NCBI GenBank assembly: GCA_964057225.1
Contig: OZ059896.1
Coordinates: 5,952,001 to 6,016,000 of the forward strand
Reading direction: 5' to 3'
DNA: 64,000 nucleotides
Source of the DNA: Auanema rhodensis
Taxonomy: Eukaryota > Animalia > Nematoda
This document shows, piece by piece, positions 11,401 to 26,400 of the stretch (positions within the stretch are counted from its first letter, which is position 1; every line of letters starts with the position of its first letter). The position numbers were made by a program, and so were the translations under genes. Below the pieces are notes generated by a model, which was given only the letters and a program-made list of their open reading frames with translations, was not told the origin of the DNA and made no database searches.

Positions 11401-14400
11401 ATTTATGCTAATTAAATGTACACTTGATGTGCACTTGATATGTAACTCGCTTCACGTGAAAGATAAAAAGATGCGGTTTTTAAAATTAGATTCCCCATGT
11501 CCATATTAGTCTAAAAACAAATTTTAATTCATATTGGTGCATGGTAACCATGACTTTGAAATTTCCGTGAACTTTAATTTATGCTAATTAAATGTACATG
11601 TGATGTGCACCTGGTATGTAACTCGCTTCACGTGAAAGATAAAAAGATGCGGTTTTCAAAATTAGATTCCCCATGTCCATATTAGTCTAAAAACAAATTT
11701 TAATTCATATTGGTGCATGGTAACCATGACTTTGAAATTTACGTGAACTTTAATTTATGCTAATTAAATGTACATGTGATGTGCACCTGGTATGTAACTC
11801 GCTTCACGTGAAAGATAAAAAGATGCGGTTTTCAAAATTAGATTCCCCATGTCCATATTAGTCTAAAAACAAATTTTTATTCATATTGGTGCATGGTAAC
11901 CATGACTTTGAAATTTACGTGAACTTTAATTTATGCTAATTAAATGTACACGTGATGTGCACTTGGTATGTAACTCGCTTCACGTGAAAGATAAAGAGAT
12001 GCGGTTTTCAAAATTAGATTCCCCATGTCCATATTAGTCTAAAAACAAATTTTTATTGATATTGGTGCATGGTAACCATGACTTTGAAATTTAGGTGAAC
12101 TTTAATTTATGCTAATTAAATGTACACGTGATGTGCACTTGGTATGTAACTCGCTTCACGTGAAAGATAAAGAGATGCGGTTTTCAAAATTAGATTCCCC
12201 ATGTCCATATTAGTCTAAAAACAAATTTTTATTGATATTGGTGCATGGTAACCATGACTTTGAAATTTACGTGAACTTTAATTTATGCTAATTAAATGTA
12301 CACTTGATGTGCACTTGATATGTAACTCGCTTCACGTGAAAGATAAAAAGATGCGGTTTTCAAAATTAGATTCCCCATGTCCATATTAGTCTAAAAACAA
12401 ATTTTAATTCATATTGGTGCATGGTAACCATGACTTTGAAATTTACGTGAACTTTAATTTATGCTAATTAAATGTACATGTGATGTGCACCTGGTATGTA
12501 ACTCGCTTCACGTGAAAGATAAAAAGATGCGGTTTTCAAAATTAGATTCCCCATGTCCATATTAGTCTAAAAACAAATTTTTATTCATATTGGTGCATGG
12601 TAACCATGACTTTGAAATTTACGTGAACTTTAATTTATGCTAATTAAATGTACATGTGATGTGCACTTGGTATGTAACTCGCTTCACGTGAAAGATAAAG
12701 AGATGCTATTTTTAAAATTAGATTCCCCATGTCCATATTAGTCTAAAAACAAATTTTTATTGATATTGGTGCATGGTAACCATGACTTTGAAATTTACGT
12801 GAACTTTAATTTATGCTAATTAAATATACACGTGATGTGCACTTGATATGTAACTCGCTTCACGTGAAAGATAAAGAGATGCGGTTTTCAAAATTAGATT
12901 CCCCATGTCCATATTAGTCTAAAAACAAATTTTTATTGATATTGGTGCATGGTAACCATGACTTTAAAATTTACGTGAACTTTAATTTATGCTAATTAAA
13001 TATAAACGTGATGTGCACTTGGTATGTAACTCGCTTCACCTGAAAGATAAAAAGATAAGGTTTTCAAAATTAGATTCCCCATGTCCATATTAGTCTAAAA
13101 ACAAATTTTTATTGATATTGGTGCATGGTAACCATGACTTTAAAATTTACGTGAACTTTAATTTATGCTAATTAAATGTACACGTGATGTGCACTTGGTA
13201 TGTAACTCGCTTCACGTGAAAGATAAAAAGATAAGGTTTTCAAAATTAGATTCCCCATGTCCATATTAGTCTAAAAACAAATTTTTATTGATATTGGTGC
13301 ATGGTAACCATGACTTTGAAATTTACGTGAACTTTAATTTATGCTAATTAAATGTACACGTGATGTGCACTTGGTATGTAACTCGCTTCACGTGAAAGAT
13401 AAAGAGATGCGGTTTTCAAAATTAGATTCCCCATGTCCATATTAGTCTAAAAACAAATTTTTATTGATATTGGTGCATGGTAACCATGACTTTGAAATTT
13501 ACGTGAACTTTAATTTATGCTAATTAAATGTACACTTGATGTGCACTTGATATGTAACTCGCTTCACGTGAAAGATAAAAAGATGCGGTTTTCAAAATTA
13601 GATTCCCCATGTCCATATTAGTCTAAAAACAAATTTTTCTTGATATTGGTGCATGGTAACCATGACTTTGAAATTTACGTGAACTTTAATTTATGCTAAT
13701 TAAATGTACATGTGATGTGCACCTGGTATGTAACTCGCTTCACGTGAAAGATAAAAAGATAAGGTTTTCAAAATTAGATTCCCCATGTCCATATTAGTCT
13801 AAAAACGAATTTTTATTGATATTGGTGCATGGTAACCATGACTTTGAAATTTACGTGAACTTTAATTTATGCTAATTAAATGTACACGTGATGTGCACTT
13901 GATATGTAACTCGCTTCACGTGAAAGATAAAGAGATGCGGTTTTCAAAATTAGATTCCCCATGTCCATATTAGTCTAAAAACAAATTTTTATTGATATTG
14001 GTGCATGGTAACCATGACTTTGAAATTTACGTGAACTTTAATTTATGCTAATTAAATGTACACGTGATGTGCACTTGGTATGTAACTCGCTTCACGTGAA
14101 AGATAAAGAGATGCGGTTTTCAAAATTAGATTCCCCATGTCCATATTAGTCTAAAAACAAATTTTTATTGATATTGGTGCATGGTAACCATGACTTTGAA
14201 ATTTACGTGAACTTTAATTTATGCTAATTAAATGTACACTTGATGTGCACTTGATATGTAACTCGCTTCACGTGAAAGATAAAAAGATGCGGTTTTTAAA
14301 ATTAGATTCCCCATGTCCATATTAGTCTAAAAACAAATTTTAATTCATATTGGTGCATGGTAACCATGACTTTGAAATTTACGTGAACTTTAATTTATGC

Positions 14401-17400
14401 TAATTAAATGTACATGTGATGTGCACCTGGTATGTAACTCGCTTCACGTGAAAGATAAAAAGATGCGGTTTTCAAAATTAGATTCCCCATGTCCATATTA
14501 GTCTAAAAACAAATTTTTATTCATATTGGTGCATGGTAACCATGACTTTGAAATTTACGTGAACTTTAATTTATGCTAATTAAATGTACACGTGATGTGC
14601 ACTTGGTATGTAACTCGCTTCACGTGAAAGATAAAGAGATGCGGTTTTCAAAATTAGATTCCCCATGTCCATATTAGTCTAAAAACAAATTTTTATTGAT
14701 ATTGGTGCATGGTAACCATGACTTTGAAATTTAGGTGAACTTTAATTTATGCTAATTAAATGTACACGTGATGTGCACTTGGTATGTAACTCGCTTCACG
14801 TGAAAGATAAAGAGATGCGGTTTTCAAAATTAGATTCCCCATGTCCATATTAGTCTAAAAACAAATTTTTATTGATATTGGTGCATGGTAACCATGACTT
14901 TGAAATTTACGTGAACTTTAATTTATGCTAATTAAATGTACACTTGATGTGCACTTGATATGTAACTCGCTTCACGTGAAAGATAAAAAGATGCGGTTTT
15001 CAAAATTAGATTCCCCATGTCCATATTAGTCTAAAAACAAATTTTAATTCATATTGGTGCATGGTAACCATGACTTTGAAATTTACGTGAACTTTAATTT
15101 ATGCTAATTAAATGTACATGTGATGTGCACCTGGTATGTAACTCGCTTCACGTGAAAGATAAAAAGATGCGGTTTTCAAAATTAGATTCCCCATGTCCAT
15201 ATTAGTCTAAAAACAAATTTTTATTCATATTGGTGCATGGTAACCATGACTTTGAAATTTACGTGAACTTTAATTTATGCTAATTAAATGTACATGTGAT
15301 GTGCACTTGGTATGTAACTCGCTTCACGTGAAAGATAAAGAGATGCTATTTTTAAAATTAGATTCCCCATGTCCATATTAGTCTAAAAACAAATTTTTAT
15401 TGATATTGGTGCATGGTAACCATGACTTTGAAATTTACGTGAACTTTAATTTATGCTAATTAAATATACACGTGATGTGCACTTGATATGTAACTCGCTT
15501 CACGTGAAAGATAAAGAGATGCGGTTTTCAAAATTAGATTCCCCATGTCCATATTAGTCTAAAAACAAATTTTTATTGATATTGGTGCATGGTAACCATG
15601 ACTTTAAAATTTACGTGAACTTTAATTTATGCTAATTAAATATAAACGTGATGTGCACTTGGTATGTAACTCGCTTCACCTGAAAGATAAAAAGATAAGG
15701 TTTTCAAAATTAGATTCCCCATGTCCATATTAGTCTAAAAACAAATTTTTATTGATATTGGTGCATGGTAACCATGACTTTAAAATTTACGTGAACTTTA
15801 ATTTATGCTAATTAAATGTACACGTGATGTGCACTTGGTATGTAACTCGCTTCACGTGAAAGATAAAAAGATAAGGTTTTCAAAATTAGATTCCCCATGT
15901 CCATATTAGTCTAAAAACAAATTTTTATTGATATTGGTGCATGGTAACCATGACTTTGAAATTTACGTGAACTTTAATTTATGCTAATTAAATGTACACG
16001 TGATGTGCACTTGGTATGTAACTCGCTTCACGTGAAAGATAAAGAGATGCGGTTTTCAAAATTAGATTACCCATGTCCATATTAGTCTAAAAACGAATTT
16101 TTATTGATATTGGTGCATGGTAACCATGACTTTGAAATTTACGTGAACTTTAATTTATGCTAATTAAATGTACACTTGATGTGCACTTGATATGTAACTC
16201 GCTTCACGTGAAAGATAAAAAGATGCGATTTTCAAAATTAGATTCCCCATGTCCATATTAGTCTAAAAACAAATTTTAATTTATATTGGTGCATGGTAAC
16301 CATGACTTTGAAATTTACGTGAACTTTAATTTATGCTAATTAAATGTACATGTGATGTGCACCTGGTATGTAACTCGCTTCACGTGAAAGATAAAAAGAT
16401 GCGGTTATCAAATTTAGATTCCCCATGTCCATATTAGTCTAAAAACAAATTTTTATTGATATTGGTGCATGGTAACCATGACTTTGAAATTTACGTGAAC
16501 TTTAATTTATGCTAATTAAATGTACACGTGATGTGCACTTGGTATGTAACTCGCTTCACGTGAAAGATAAAGAGATGCGGTATTCAAAATTAGATTCCCC
16601 ATGTCCATATTAGTCTAAAAACAAATTTTTATTGATATTGGTGCATGGTAACCATGACTTTGAAATTTACGTGAACTTTAATTTATGCTAATTAAATGTA
16701 CACTTGATGTGCACTTGATATGTAACTCGCTTCACGTGAAAGATAAAAAGATGCGGTTTTCAAAATTAGATTCCCCATGTCCATATTAGTCTAAAAACAA
16801 ATTTTAATTCATATTGGTGCATGGTAACCATGACTTTGAAATTTACGTGAACTTTAATTTATGCTAATTAAATGTACATGTGATGTGCACCTGGTATGTA
16901 ACTCGCTTCACGTGAAAGATAAAAAGATGCGGTTTTCAAAATTAGATTCCCCATGTCCATATTAGTCTAAAAACAAATTTTTATTCATATTGGTGCATGG
17001 TAACCATGACTTTGAAATTTACGTGAACTTTAATTTATGCTAATTAAATGTACACGTGATGTGCACTTGGTATGTAACTCGCTTCACGTGAAAGATAAAG
17101 AGATGCTGTTTTCAACATTAGATTCCCCATGTCCATATTAGTCTAAAAACAAATTTTTATTGATATTGGTGCATGGTAACCATGACTTTGAAATTTACGT
17201 GAACTTTAATTTATGCTAATTAAATATACACGTGATGTGCACTTGATATGTAACTCGCTTCACGTGAAAGATAAAGAGATGCGGTTTTCAAAATTAGATT
17301 CCCCATGTCCATATTAGTCTAAAAACGAATTTTTATTGATATTGGTGCATGGTAACCATGACTTTGAAATTTCCGTGAACTTTAATTTATGCTAATTAAA

Positions 17401-20400
17401 TGTACATGTGATGTGCACCTGGTATGTAACTCGCTTCACGTGAAAGATAAAAAGATGCGGTTTTCAAAATTAGATTCCCCATGTCCATATTAGTCTAAAA
17501 ACAAATTTTTATTCATATTGGTGCATGGTAACCATGACTTTGAAATTTACGTGAACTTTAATTTATGCTAATTAAATGTACACGTGATGTGCACTTGGTA
17601 TGTCACTCGCTTTACGTGAAAGATAAAGAGATGCGGTTTTCAAAATTAGATTCCCCATGTCCATATTAGTCTAAAAACAAATTTTTATTGATATTGGTGC
17701 ATGGTAACCATGACTTTGAAATTTACGTGAACTTTAATTTATGCTAATTAAATGTACACTTGATGTGCACTTGGTATGTAACTCGCTTCACGTGAAAGAT
17801 AAAGAGATGCGGTTTTCAAAATTAGATTACGCATGTCCATATTAGTCTAAAAACAAATTTTTATTGATATTGGTGCATGGTAACCATGACTTTGAAATTT
17901 ACGTGTACTTTAATTTATGCTAATTAAATGTACACGTGATGTGCACTTGGTATGTAACTCGCTTCACGTGAAAGATAAAGAGATGCGGTTTTCAAAATTA
18001 GATTACCCATGTCCATATTAGTCTAAAAACGAATTTTTATTGATATTGGTGCATGGTAACCATGACTTTGAAATTTACGTGAACTTTAATTTATGCTAAT
18101 TAAATATACACGTGATGTGCACTTGGTATGTAACTCGCTTCACGTGAAAGATAAAGAGATGCGGTTCTCAAAATTAGATTCCCCATGTCCATATTAGTCT
18201 AAAAACGAATTTTTATTGATATTGGTGCATGGTAACCATGACTTTGAAATTTACGTGAACTTTAATTTATGCTAATTAAATGTACACGTGATGTGCCCTT
18301 GGTATGTAACTCGCTTTACGTGAAAGATAAAGAGATGCGGTTTTCAAAATTATATTCCCCATGTCCATATTAGTCTAAAAACAAATTTTTATTGATATTG
18401 GTGCATGGTAACCATGACTTTGAAATTTACGTGAACTTTAATTTATGCTAATTAAATGTACACTTGATGTGCACTTGATATGTAACTCGCTTCACGTGAA
18501 AGATAAAAAGATGCGGTTTTCAAAATTAGATTCCCCATGTCCATATTAGTCTAAAAACAAATTTTAATTCATATTGGTGCATGGTAACCATGACTTTGAA
18601 ATTTACGTGAACTTTAATTTATGCTAATTAAATGTACATGTGATGTGCACCTGGTATGTAACTCGCTTCACGTGAAAGATAAAAAGATGCGGTTATCAAA
18701 ATTAGATTCCCCATGTCCATATTAGTCTAAAAACAAATTTTTATTCATATTGGTGCATGGTAACCATGACTTTGAAATTTACGTGAACTTTAATTTATGC
18801 TAATTAAATGTACACTTGATGTGCACTTGATATGTAACTCGCTTCACGTGAAAGATAAAAAGATGCGGTTTTCAAAATTAGATTCCCCATGTCCATATTA
18901 GTCTAAAAACAAATTTTAATTCATATTGGTGCATGGTAACCATGACTTTGAAATTTACGTGAACTTTAATTTATGCTAATTAAATGTACATGTGATGTGC
19001 ACCTGGTATGTAACTCGCTTCACGTGAAAGATAAAAAGATGCGGTTATCAAAATTAGATTCCCCATGTCCATATTAGTCTAAAAACAAATTTTTATTCAT
19101 ATTGGTGCATGGTAACCATGACTTTGAAATTTACGTGAACTTTAATTTATGCTAATTAAATGTACACGTGATGTGCACTTGGTATGTAACTCGCTTCACG
19201 TGAAAGATAAAGAGATGCTGTTTTTAAAATTAGATTCCCCATGTCCATATTAGTCTAAAAACAAATTTTTATTGATATTGGTGCATGGTAACCATGACTT
19301 TGAAATTTACGTGAACTTTAATTCATGCTAATTAAATATACACGTGATGTGCACCTGGTATGTAACTCGCTTCACGTGAAAGATAAAGAGATGCGGTTTT
19401 CAAAATTAGATTCCCCATGTCCGTATTAGTCTAAAAACGAATTTTTATTGATATTGGTGCATGGTAACCATGACTTTGAAATTTACGTGTACTTTAATTT
19501 ATGCTAATTAAATGTACACGTGATGTGCACTTGGTATGTAACTCGCTTCACGTGAAAGATAAAGAGATGCGGTTTTCAAAATTAGATTACCCATGTCCAT
19601 ATTAGTCTAAAAACGAATTTTTATTGATATTGGTGCATGGTAACCATGACTTTGAAATTTACGTGAACTTTAATTTATGCTAATTAAATATACACGTGAT
19701 GTGCACTTGGTATGTAACTCGCTTCACGTGAAAGATAAAGAGATGCGGTTTTCAAAATTAGATTCCCCATGTCCATATTAGTCTAAAAACGAATTTTTAT
19801 TGATATTGGTGCATGGTAACCATGACTTTGAAATTTACGTGAACTTTAATTTATGCTAATTAAATGTACACGTGATGTGCCCTTGGTATGTAACTCGCTT
19901 TACGTGAAAGATAAAGAGATGCGGTTTTCAAAATTAGATTCCCCATGTCCATATTAGTCTAAAAACAAATTTTTATTGATATTGGTGCATGGTAACCATG
20001 ACTTTGAAATTTACGTGAACTTTAATTTATGCTAATTAAATGTACACTTGATGTGCACTTGATATGTAACTCGCTTCACGTGAAAGATAAAAAGATGCGG
20101 TTTTCAAAATTAGATTCCCCATGTCCATATTAGTCTAAAAACAAATTTTAATTCATATTGGTGCATGGTAACCATGACTTTGAAATTTACGTGAACTTTA
20201 ATTTATGCTAATTAAATGTACATGTGATGTGCACTTGGTATGTAACTCGCTTCACGTGAAAGATAAAGAGATGCGGTTTTCAAAATTAGATTCCCCATGT
20301 CCATATTAGTCTAAAAACGAATTTTTATTGATATTAGTGCATGGTAACCATGACTTTGAAATTTACGTGAACTTTAATTCATGCTAATTAAATGTACACG

Positions 20401-23400
20401 TGATGTGCCCTTGGTATGTAACTCGCTTCACGTGAAAGATAAAGAGATGCGGTTTTCAAAATTAGATTCCCCATGTCCATATTAGTCTAAAAACAAATTT
20501 TTATTGATATTGGTGCATGGTAACCATGACTTTGAAATTTACGTGAACTTTAATTTATGCTAATTAAATGTACACTTGATGTGCACTTGATATGTAACTC
20601 GCTTCACGTGAAAGATAAAAAGATGCGGTTTTCAAAATTAGATTCCCCATGTCCATATTAGTCTAAAAACAAATTTTTATTCATATTGGTGCATGGTAAC
20701 CATGACTTTGAAATTTACGTGAACTTTAATTTATGCTAATTAAATGTACACGTGATGTGCACTTGGTATGTAACTCGCTTCACGTGAAAGATAAAGAGAT
20801 GCTGTTTTTAAAATTAGATTCCCCATGTCCATATTAGTCTAAAAACAAATTTTTATTGATATTGGTGCATGGTAACCATGACTTTGAAATTTACGTGAAC
20901 TTTAATTTATGCTAATTAAATATACACGTGATGTGCACTTGATATGTAACTCGCTTCACGTGAAAGATAAAGAGATGCGGTTTTCAAAATTAGATTCCCC
21001 ATGTCCGTATTAGTCTAAAAACGAATTTTTATTGATATTGGTGCATGGTAACCATGACTTTGAAATTTACGTGTACTTTAATTTATGCTAATTAAATGTA
21101 CACGTGATGTGCACTTGGTATGTAACTCGCTTCACGTGAAAGATAAAGAGATGCGGTTTTCAAAATTAGATTACCCATGTCCATATTAGTCTAAAAACGA
21201 ATTTTTATTGATATTGGTGCATGGTAACCATGACTTTGAAATTTACGTGAACTTTAATTTATGCTAATTAAATATACACGTGATGTGCACTTGGTATGTA
21301 ACTCGCTTCACGTGAAAGATAAAGAGATGCGGTTTTCAAAATTAGATTCCCCATGTCCATATTAGTCTAAAAACGAATTTTTATTGATATTGGTGCATGG
21401 TAACCATGACTTTGAAATTTACGTGAACTTTAATTTATGCTAATTAAATGTACACGTGATGTGCCCTTGGTATGTAACTCGCTTTACGTGAAAGATAAAG
21501 AGATGCGGTTTTCAAAATTAGATTCCCCATGTCCATATTAGTCTAAAAACAAATTTTTATTGATATTGGTGCATGGTAACCATGACTTTGAAATTTACGT
21601 GAACTTTAATTTATGCTAATTAAATGTACACTTGATGTGCACTTGATATGTAACTCGCTTCACGTGAAAGATAAAAAGATGCGGTTTTCAAAATTAGATT
21701 CCCCATGTCCATATTAGTCTAAAAACAAATTTTAATTCATATTGGTGCATGGTAACCATGACTTTGAAATTTACGTGAACTTTAATTTATGCTAATTAAA
21801 TGTACATGTGATGTGCACTTGGTATGTAACTCGCTTCACGTGAAAGATAAAGAGATGCGGTTTTCAAAATTAGATTCCCCATGTCCATATTAGTCTAAAA
21901 ACGAATTTTTATTGATATTAGTGCATGGTAACCATGACTTTGAAATTTACGTGAACTTTAATTCATGCTAATTAAATGTACACGTGATGTGCCCTTGGTA
22001 TGTAACTCGCTTCACGTGAAAGATAAAGAGATGCGGTTTTCAAAATTAGATTCCCCATGTCCATATTAGTCTAAAAACAAATTTTTATTGATATTGGTGC
22101 ATGGTAACCATGACTTTGAAATTTACGTGAACTTTAATTTATGCTAATTAAATGTACACTTGATGTGCACTTGATATGTAACTCGCTTCACGTGAAAGAT
22201 AAAAAGATGCGGTTTTCAAAATTAGATTCCCCATGTCCATATTAGTCTAAAAACAAATTTTTATTCATATTGGTGCATGGTAACCATGACTTTGAAATTT
22301 ACGTGAACTTTAATTTATGCTAATTAAATGTACACGTGATGTGCACTTGGTATGTAACTCGCTTCACGTGAAAGATAAAGAGATGCTGTTTTTAAAATTA
22401 GATTCCCCATGTCCATATTAGTCTAAAAACAAATTTTTATTGATATTGGTGCATGGTAACCATGACTTTGAAATTTACGTGAACTTTAATTTATGCTAAT
22501 TAAATATACACGTGATGTGCACTTGATATGTAACTCGCTTCACGTGAAAGATAAAGAGATGCGGTTTTCAAAATTAGATTCCCCATGTCCATATTAGTCT
22601 AAAAACGAATTTTTATTGATATTGGTGCATGGTAACCATGACTTTGAAATTTACGTAAACTTTAATTTATGCTAATTAAATGTACATGTGATGTGCACCT
22701 GGTATGTAACTCGCTTCACGTGAAAGATAAAAAGATAAGGTTTTCAAAATTAGATTCCCCATGTCCATATTAGTCTAAAAACGAATTTTTATTCATATTG
22801 GTGCTTGGTAACCATGACTTTGAAATTTACGTGAACTTTAATTTATGATAATTAAATATAAACGTGATGTGCACTTGGTATGTAACTCCCTTCACGTGGA
22901 AAATAAAGAGATGCGGTTTTCAAAATTAGATTCCCCATGTCCATATTAGTCTAAAAACAAATTTTTATTGATATTGGTGCATGGTAACCATGACTTTGAA
23001 ATTTACGTGTACTTTAATTTATGCTAATTAAATGTACACGTGATGTGCACTTGGTATGTAACTCGCTTCACGTGAAAGATAAAGAGATGCGGTTTTCAAA
23101 ATTAGATTCCCCATTTCCATATTAGTCTAAAAACAAATTTTTATTGATATTGGTGCATGGTAACCATGACTTTGAAATTTACGTGAACTTTAATTTATGC
23201 TAATTAAATGTACACGTGATGTGCACTTGGTATGTAACTTGCTTCACGTGAAAGATAAAGAGATGCGGTTTTCAAAATTAGATTCCCCATGTCCATATTA
23301 GTCTAAAAACAAATTTTTATTGATATTGGTGCATGGTAACCATGACTTTGAAATTTACGTGTACTTTAATTTATGCTAATTAAATGTACACGTGATGTGC

Positions 23401-26400
23401 ACTTGGTATGTAACTCGCTTCACGTGAAAGATAAAGAGATGCGGTTTTCAAAATTAGATTCCCCATTTCCATATTAGTCTAAAAACAAATTTTTATTGAT
23501 ATTGGTGCATGGTAACCATGACTTTGAATATTACGTGAACTTTAATTTATGATAATTAAATGTACACGTGATGTGCACTTGGTATGTAACTTGCTTCACG
23601 TGAAAGATAAAGAGATGCGGTTTTCAAAATTAGATTCCCCATTTCCATATTAGTCTAAAAACAAATTTTTATTGATATTGGTGCATGGTAACCATGACTT
23701 TGAAATTTACGTGAACTTTAATTTATGCTAATTAAATGTACACGTGATGTGCACTTGGTATGTAACTTGCTTCACGTGAAAGATAAAGAGATGCGGTTTT
23801 CAAAATTAGATTCCCCATGTCCATATTAGTCTAAAAACAAATTTTTATTGATATTGGTGCATGGTAACCATGACTTTGAAATTTACGTGAACTTTAATTT
23901 ATGCTAATTAAATGTACACTTGATGTGCACTTGATATGTAACTCGCTTCACGTGAAAGATAAAAAGATGCGGTTTTCAAAATTAGATTCCCCATGTCCAT
24001 ATTAGTCTAAAAACAAATTTTAATTCATATTGGTGCATGGTAACCATGACTTTGAAATTTACGTGAACTTTAATTTATGCTAATTAAATGTACATGTGAT
24101 GTGCACCTGGTATGTAACTCGCTTCACGTGAAAGATAAAAAGATGCGGTTTTCAAAATTAGATTCCCCATGTCCATATTACTCTAAAAACAAATTTTTAT
24201 TCATATTGGTGCATGGTAACCATGACTTTGAAATTTACGTGAACTTTAATTTATGATAATTAAATATAAACGTGATGTGCACTTGGTATGTAACTCGCTT
24301 CACGTGGAAAATAAAGAGATGCGGTTTTCAAAATTAGATTCCCCATGTCCATATTAGTCTAAAAACAAATTTTTATTGATATTGGTGCATGGTAACCATG
24401 ACTTTGAAATTTACGTGTACTTTAATTTATGCTAATTAAATGTACACGTGATGTGCACTTGGTATGTAACTCGCTTCACGTGAAAGATAAAGAGATGCGG
24501 TTTTCAAAATTAGATTCCCCATTTCCATATTAGTCTAAAAACAAATTTTTATTGATATTGGTGCATGGTAACCATGACTTTGAAATTTACGTGAACTTTA
24601 ATTTATGCTAATTAAATGTACACGTGATGTGCACTTGGTATGTAACTTGCTTCACGTGAAAGATAAAGAGATGCGGTTTTCAAAATTAGATTCCCCATGT
24701 CCATATTAGTCTAAAAACAAATTTTTATTGATATTGGTGCATGGTAACCATGACTTTGAAATTTACGTGAACTTTAATTTATGCTAATTAAATGTACACT
24801 TGATGTGCACTTGATATGTAACTCGCTTCACGTGAAAGATAAAAAGATGCGGTTTTCAAAATTAGATTCCCCATGTCCATATTAGTCTAAAAACAAATTT
24901 TAATTCATATTGGTGCATGGTAACCATGACTTTGAAATTAACGTGAACTTTAATTTATGCTAATTAAATGTACATGTGATGTGCACCTGGTATGTAACTC
25001 GCTTCACGTGAAAGATAAAAAGATGCGGTTATCAAAATTAGATTCCCCATATCCATATTAGTCTAAAAACAAATTTTTATTCATATTGGTGCATGGTAAC
25101 CATGACTTTGAAATTTACGTGAACTTTAATTTATGCTAATTAAATATACACGTGATGTGCACTTGGTATGTAACTCGCTTCACGTGAAAGATAAAGAGAT
25201 GCGGTTTTCAAAATTAGATTCCCCATGTCCATATTAGTCTAAAAACGAATTTTTATTGATATTAGTGCATGGTAACCATGACTTTGAAATTTACGTGAAC
25301 TTTAATTTATGCTAATTAAATGTACACGTGATGTGCCCTTGGTATGTAACTCGCTTTACGTGAAAGATAAAGAGATGCGGTTTTCAAAATTAGATTCCCC
25401 ATGTCCATATTAGTCTAAAAACAAATTTTTATTGATATTGGTGCATGGTAACCATGACTTTGAAATTTACGTGAACTTTAATTTATGCTAATTAAATGTA
25501 CACTTGATGTGCACTTGATATGTAACTCGCTTCACGTGAAAGATAAAAAGATGCGGTTTTCAAAATTAGATTCCCCATGTCCATATTAGTCTAAAAACAA
25601 ATTTTAATTCATATTGGTGCATGGTAACCATGACTTTGAAATTTACGTGAACTTTAATTTATGCTAATTAAATGTACATGTGATGTGCACCTGGTATGTA
25701 ACTCGCTTCACGTGAAAGATAAAAAGATGCGGTTATCAAAATTAGATTCCCCATGTCCATATTAGTCTAAAAACAAATTTTTATTCATATTGGTGCATGG
25801 TAACCATGACTTTGAAATTTACGTGAACTTTAATTTATGCTAATTAAATGTACACGTGATGTGCACTTGGTATGTAACTCGCTTCACGTGAAAGATAAAG
25901 AGATGCTGTTTTTAAAATTAGATTCCCCATGTCCATATTAGTCTAAAAACAAATTTTTATTGATATTGGTGCATGGTAACCATGACTTTGAAATTTACGT
26001 GAACTTTAATTTATGCTAATTAAATATACACGTGATGTGCACTTGGTATGTAACTTGCTTCACGTGAAAGATAAAGAGATGCGGTTTTCAAAATTAGATT
26101 CCCCATGTCCATATTAGTCTAAAAACAAATTTTTATTGATATTGGTGCATGGTAACCATGACTTTGAAATTTACGTGAACTTTAATTTATGCTAATTAAA
26201 TGTACACTTGATGTGCACTTGATATGTAACTCGCTTCACGTGAAAGATAAAAAGATGCGGTTTTCAAAATTAGATTCCCCATGTCCATATTAGTCTAAAA
26301 ACAAATTTTAATTCATATTGGTGCATGGTAACCATGACTTTGAAATTTACGTGAACTTTAATTTATGCTAATTAAATGTACATGTGATGTGCACCTGGTA

